Shown piece after piece: positions 62,601-64,000 of a DNA stretch of 64,000 bases (positions are counted from its first letter, which is position 1; each line of letters begins with the position of its first letter). The DNA is taken from NCBI GenBank assembly GCA_964016885.1, contig OZ024757.1, positions 26,536,001-26,600,000 on the forward strand, written 5' to 3'. Under the pieces are notes generated by a model. The model was given only the letters and a program-made list of their open reading frames with translations. It was not told where the DNA came from and made no database searches. The position numbers and the translations under genes were made by a program. This stretch comes from Eledone cirrhosa (lineage: Eukaryota).

Positions 62601-62803
62601 CACCACAGTTCCATTATTTCATTCCCTCCCTACAGAACGGCAACATTATGGACGGCCTGTGTTTATGGAAGCGTTACATTGACAAGAAGTTTGAAGGTGT
62701 TGAGGAGTGTACCATCTGCTACTGTGTTGTCCATGGCACTGACTACCATCTGCCACAGAAAGAATGCAAAACATGCCACAAGAAATTCCATTCTATTTGT
62801 CTG
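19225..62803 (+). CDS. LTN1: E3 ubiquitin-protein ligase listerin (LTN1/RNF160), 31 exons in window, 3' partial (final RING exon beyond window)
   Basis: Hand-spliced GT-AG exons keep phase (5355 nt = 1785 aa). N-terminus [37 protein letters not shown] domain (LPENYPLG) and RING start ([20 protein letters not shown]) are diagnostic of Listerin. Confidence 0.96.
19505..19765 (+). mobile_element. CRE-like element 3' fragment in LTN1 intron 1
   Basis: [23 protein letters not shown] homologous to 18200-18450. Confidence 0.75.
19765..23490. repeat. 40-bp satellite, ~3.7 kb (~90 copies) in LTN1 intron 1
   Basis: Unit tgtatgtggtcctagatgtgtgtattacctgcttgtgtgt, with interspersed 25-bp short units. 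Confidence 0.97.
23905..24221. mobile_element. hAT-type MITE
   Basis: TIRs cagtgattcccaaa / ttggaaaccactg; 8-bp TSD gtctaggt / gtctaggc. Confidence 0.75.
24731..25645 (+). mobile_element. 5'-truncated RTE LINE (family A), near-identical to 57547-58466
   Basis: ORF 24898..25347 ([14 protein letters not shown]), long 3'UTR, (GAT)n tail. Confidence 0.9.
25662..26060 (-). mobile_element. CRE-like 3' fragment with internal tandem duplication
   Basis: [16 protein letters not shown] segment repeated three times on the minus strand. Confidence 0.65.
26201..26368 (+). repeat. 3 x 56-bp tandem repeat ending at the exon 2 acceptor
   Basis: ctggaggcttcactggatgtaaaaaggttaatagttatacatgtgtatctttgtag x3. 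Confidence 0.92.
26369..26572 (+). CDS. LTN1: LTN1 exon 2 ([31 protein letters not shown])
   Basis: tgtag acceptor, gtaggg donor, 204 nt, conserved motifs. Confidence 0.95.
26880..27090 (+). mobile_element. SINE family 1 (further + copies at ~29424, 33445, 41635, 42047, 50520, 53405)
   Basis: Same head and body as the 12595-12783 copy. Confidence 0.8.
27119..27217 (+). CDS. LTN1: LTN1 exon 3 ([19 protein letters not shown])
   Basis: tttcag / gtatat, 99 nt. Confidence 0.95.
27727..27917. mobile_element. piggyBac-type MITE
   Basis: TTAA|ccctttagcattta..taaatgctaaagga|TTAA; relatives at ~41795-41990 and 52044-52251. Confidence 0.75.
27964..28194 (+). CDS. LTN1: LTN1 exon 4 ([20 protein letters not shown])
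   Basis: ttttag / gtaagt, 231 nt, overlaps ORF 28003..28221. Confidence 0.95.
28920..29004 (+). ncRNA. Minimal type I hammerhead ribozyme in LTN1 intron 4
   Basis: ggt-CTGACGA-gccgt..atggc-GAAAC-acgc-GTC-acc; near-absent stem III as in Penelope minimal hammerheads. Confidence 0.7.
29193..29245 (+). CDS. LTN1: LTN1 exon 5 ([17 protein letters not shown])
   Basis: ttccag / gtaagt, 53 nt, phase 0 to 2. Confidence 0.9.
29838..30018 (+). CDS. LTN1: LTN1 exon 6 ([27 protein letters not shown])
   Basis: ttccag / gtaagg, 181 nt, phase 2 to 0. Confidence 0.92.
30758..31085 (-). mobile_element. Degenerate LINE fragment, Vingi/Ingi-like
   Basis: Minus strand [38 protein letters not shown] resembles Vingi C-terminal motifs (recalled, not searched). 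Confidence 0.45.
31166..31339 (+). CDS. LTN1: LTN1 exon 7 ([19 protein letters not shown])
   Basis: tttcag / gtacgt, 174 nt. Confidence 0.93.
31590..32105 (-). mobile_element. RTE LINE internal fragment joined to a 3' tail
   Basis: ORF 31646..32056 [30 protein letters not shown]; (CAT)n on + strand at 31590. Confidence 0.75.
32352..32542 (+). CDS. LTN1: LTN1 exon 8 ([19 protein letters not shown])
   Basis: ttccag / gttagt, 191 nt. Confidence 0.92.
33665..33809 (+). CDS. LTN1: LTN1 exon 9 ([21 protein letters not shown])
   Basis: ttccag / gtaggc, 145 nt. Confidence 0.92.
34647..35420 (+). CDS. LTN1: LTN1 exon 10 (large, 258 aa; [15 protein letters not shown]; short polyQ)
   Basis: ttgcag / gtaagt, 774 nt, matches ORF 34632..35456. 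Confidence 0.92.
35543..36370. repeat. Compound (TG)/(TCTG)/(TATG) microsatellite
   Basis: Direct inspection. Confidence 0.9.
36456..37700. repeat. 37-bp minisatellite, ~33 highly homogeneous copies
   Basis: Unit tagttgtaatgttcctatcactgttgttaccatactc. Confidence 0.96.
37747..37987 (+). CDS. LTN1: LTN1 exon 11
   Basis: ctacag / gtttgt, 241 nt, in ORF 37723..38178. Confidence 0.87.
38412..38563 (+). CDS. LTN1: LTN1 exon 12
   Basis: tatcag / gtaagt, 152 nt, phase 1 to 0. Confidence 0.88.
38970..39340. repeat. (CTA/CCA/TTA)n trinucleotide repeat abutting the exon 13 acceptor
   Basis: Direct inspection. Confidence 0.9.
39352..39433 (+). CDS. LTN1: LTN1 exon 13 ([18 protein letters not shown]..)
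   Basis: ttctag / gtaagt, 82 nt. Confidence 0.87.
40090..40246 (+). CDS. LTN1: LTN1 exon 14
   Basis: ccacag / gtgagt, 157 nt, phase 1 to 2, open frame [18 protein letters not shown].. Confidence 0.83.
40300..40930. repeat. 48-bp SINE-derived minisatellite (alternating A/B units, degenerating 3')
   Basis: gtgccatgacaaaaagcacc..caataaagtggttgtactg. Confidence 0.85.
41085..41226 (+). CDS. LTN1: LTN1 exon 15
   Basis: ttgcag / gtaaga, 142 nt, phase 2 to 0. Confidence 0.86.
42266..42550 (+). CDS. LTN1: LTN1 exon 16
   Basis: ttatag / gtaagt, 285 nt. Confidence 0.86.
43082..43191 (+). CDS. LTN1: LTN1 exon 17
   Basis: ttacag / gtcagt, 110 nt, phase 0 to 2. Confidence 0.82.
43535..43885 (+). mobile_element. 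tRNA-derived SINE family 2 with RTE-derived 3' tail
   Basis: Head ggtttagtggttagagc..gagttcaattctc, body ccttgagcaag..ctcagctgtagaaatgag, tail shared with RTE; copies at 45302-45590 and 53835-54178, heads at 15520, 26648, 32605, 38587. Confidence 0.82.
44198..44281 (+). CDS. LTN1: LTN1 exon 18 ([16 protein letters not shown]..)
   Basis: tcatag / gtaaat, 84 nt, phase 2 to 2. Confidence 0.82.
44656..44813 (+). CDS. LTN1: LTN1 exon 19
   Basis: tcttag / gtaagt, 158 nt, phase 2 to 1. Confidence 0.85.
46009..46153 (+). CDS. LTN1: LTN1 exon 20 (..[18 protein letters not shown])
   Basis: cttcag / gtaagt, 145 nt, phase 1 to 2. Confidence 0.88.
46165..46700. repeat. GTT/GTAT compound minisatellite
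   Basis: Direct inspection. Confidence 0.88.
47468..47609 (+). CDS. LTN1: LTN1 exon 21 (..[20 protein letters not shown])
   Basis: ttccag / gtaaga, 142 nt; conserved DFIxCS..WL motif. Confidence 0.92.
48192..48396 (+). CDS. LTN1: LTN1 exon 22 (..[20 protein letters not shown]..)
   Basis: taccag / gtgggt, 205 nt; conserved EWxEFFS motif. Confidence 0.92.
48474..49016 (+). mobile_element. Non-autonomous Helitron-like element
   Basis: A|TCtatatatataaaag..gtgtgtgtgtc start, aacgccgggtaaatctgCTAG|T end. Confidence 0.65.
49737..49974 (+). CDS. LTN1: LTN1 exon 23 (..[11 protein letters not shown])
   Basis: ctacag / gtaagt, 238 nt, phase 1 to 2. Confidence 0.9.
50414..50491 (+). CDS. LTN1: LTN1 exon 24
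   Basis: tttcag / gtaagt, 78 nt, phase 2 to 2. Confidence 0.85.
51008..51931. mobile_element. hAT-type MITE carrying a 31-bp minisatellite (~51035-51535)
   Basis: TIRs ctggagtcggcaacc / ggttgccaacccttg; imperfect TSD gtgtagtg / gtgtaata; unit ccacatagctatgcagtgtcttgtcagcagg. Confidence 0.6.
52290..52391 (+). CDS. LTN1: LTN1 exon 25 (symmetric, candidate cassette exon)
   Basis: tttcag / gtaggt, 102 nt, phase 2 to 2, open frame [33 protein letters not shown]. Confidence 0.72.
53042..53219 (+). CDS. LTN1: LTN1 exon 26 (..[15 protein letters not shown]..)
   Basis: ctatag / gtaaga, 178 nt; conserved GYLLTWKL. Confidence 0.93.
53835..54178 (+). mobile_element. SINE family 2, full length
   Basis: Near-identical to 43535-43885. 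Confidence 0.82.
54478..54646 (+). CDS. LTN1: LTN1 exon 27 (LRAEYLRYL..)
   Basis: ccccag / gtaagt, 169 nt. Confidence 0.91.
54708..55330 (+). mobile_element. Degenerate 5'-truncated RTE LINE (family B)
   Basis: [34 protein letters not shown], with stops and a (GAT)n tail. Confidence 0.85.
55702..55825 (-). ncRNA. Degenerate hammerhead ribozyme (GAAA mutated to GAAG)
   Basis: Minus strand gatttc-CTGAAGA-gatacggtt..agccatatt-GAAGC-gtgc-GTA-gaaatc. Confidence 0.5.
56200..56722. repeat. Higher-order (TA)n/(TG)n repeat with spacer actgtgtacatctg
   Basis: Direct inspection; ~8 units. Confidence 0.88.
56723..58466 (+). mobile_element. 5'-truncated RTE LINE (family A) with uninterrupted RT ORF and PHD-like zinc finger
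   Basis: [31 protein letters not shown]4HC3-like [20 protein letters not shown], stop at 58163, 3'UTR, (GAT)n tail. Confidence 0.93.
58661..58790 (+). CDS. LTN1: LTN1 exon 28 (..[15 protein letters not shown]..)
   Basis: ttgtag / gtaact, 130 nt; conserved PAxxRxWW. Confidence 0.92.
58915..59330 (+). mobile_element. Degenerate RTE LINE fragment of a third (Expander-like) family; related piece at 53605-53720
   Basis: [43 protein letters not shown]. Confidence 0.75.
59548..59635 (+). CDS. LTN1: LTN1 exon 29 ([15 protein letters not shown]..)
   Basis: ttccag / gtgagt, 88 nt. Confidence 0.91.
59800..61548. repeat. 20-bp repeat (gtagttattctgtagacata, ~7 copies) followed by ~1.5 kb CCA/CTA compound minisatellite
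   Basis: Direct inspection. Confidence 0.9.
61600..61794 (+). CDS. LTN1: LTN1 exon 30, RWD domain ([32 protein letters not shown])
   Basis: tttcag / gtaagt, 195 nt. Confidence 0.95.
61813..62140. repeat. 51-bp SINE-derived minisatellite, ~6.5 copies
   Basis: gtacactctgtaaagtggtagtagtgctgctgccatgataaaatacaccct. Confidence 0.9.
62636..62803 (+). CDS. LTN1: LTN1 exon 31, start of RING finger ([26 protein letters not shown])
   Basis: ctacag / gtgagt, 168 nt. Confidence 0.95.
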
Positions 62804-62844
62804 GTGAGTCCTGTGTTCATTTACTGAACTTTTTAAACTATTTT

Positions 62845-63290
62845 AATAATAATGAAATTATTGTGTAAAGTGCTCAGGTGCACTACAACTCGTCAATATA
62901 GTACATAGAATAATACACAAATGTCAGGGAAGTGAATAGTGTATGAGTCATGGTATACATGTGTGTATGTGTATGGAGGGGGAACATTAGCTGTAGTGTT
63001 GGCGGATCTCGGGAAGCATGGAGGCCTTAAAGGATGCAGTGTCTCGACAGCTAACAACTGATGCAGGTAGTTTGTTCCATGCTTCAGCAACTCTGAGCGT
63101 GAAAAAATGTTTCCGAAAGTCATAGGAACTGTGCTGTTTTCTTACTTTGTGGGCATGTCCATGTGTGTTAGACACATGGAAATCAAAAAGGTACTCAGGG
63201 TTGTTGTTGGCAACATGGTTAACAATTTTGTGCGTGTTTACCAAGTCAGTTGCCAGTTAGGTGTATTTCTAATGAGGGACACTCTCTCAT
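62845..63290 (-). mobile_element. CR1-type LINE 3' fragment (tail also at 15375-15490, 18700-18750, 35455-35540)
   Basis: THGH..RKHFFTLRVAEAWNKLPASVV..SFK C-terminal motif and (ATT)n tail. Confidence 0.8.
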
Positions 63291-63300
63291 CTTAATCATC

Positions 63301-64000
63301 TTTCAGTGTGTATACATAGATATATGACTGCGTTTCAGTGTGTATGTGTAGATATATGACTGCGTTTCAGTGTGTATACATAGATATATGACTGCGTTTC
63401 AGTGTGTATACATAGATATATGACTGCGTTTCAGTGTGTATACATAGATATATGACTGCGTTTCAGTGTGTATGTGTAGATATATGACTGCGTTTCAGTG
63501 TGTATACATAGATATATGACTGTGTTTCAGTGTGTATACATAGATATATGACTGCGTTTCAGTGTGTATATATAGATATATGACTGCGTTTCAGTGTGTA
63601 TGTGTAGATATATGACTGCATTTCAGTGTGTATATATAGATATATGACTGCATTTCAGTGTGTATACATAGATATATGACTGCGTTTCAGTGTGTATATA
63701 TAGATATATCACTGCGTTTCAGTGTGTATACATAGATATATGACTGCATTTCAGTGTGTATACATAGATATATGACTATGTTTCAGTGTGGAAATATAGA
63801 TATATGACTGTTTCAGTGTGTATATATAGATATATGACTGCATTTCAGTGTGTATACATAGATATATGACTGCATTTCAGTGTGTATACATAGATATATG
63901 ACTGCGTTTCAGTGTGTATACATAGATATATGACTGCGTTTCAGTGTGTATACATAGATATATGACTGCATTTCTGTGTGTATACATAGATATATGACTG
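63301..64000. repeat. 32-bp minisatellite running off the window end
   Basis: Unit tttcagtgtgtatacatagatatatgactgcg. Confidence 0.95.

Overview
Repeat-rich eukaryotic (animal) genomic DNA. The SINE/RTE families and the microsatellite density suggest an octopus-type cephalopod, but that is inference. The main content is a + strand multi-exon gene for the ribosome quality-control E3 ligase Listerin (LTN1). I traced 31 GT-AG exons by hand from the ATG at 19225 to 62803. They splice in phase into one 5355-nt (1785-aa) frame with the N-terminal LTN1 motif, the RWD domain and most of the RING; the last exon lies beyond the window. A probable orphan terminal exon of an upstream gene sits at ~16455. 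The rest is retroelements (RTE, CRE/RLE, CR1, Vingi-like LINE fragments, two tRNA-derived SINE families), non-autonomous Helitron, hAT and piggyBac elements, Penelope-like remnants and many mini/microsatellites. The most notable unannotated structure is: (i) several hammerhead ribozyme motifs, one on the sense strand of an LTN1 intron, plus long fold-back hairpins; (ii) tandem repeats that duplicate splice sites; (iii) SINE/LINE 3' end chimerism and TE-seeded satellites; (iv) a likely lineage-specific cassette exon in LTN1. Most long ORFs in the ORF track are microsatellite artefacts.
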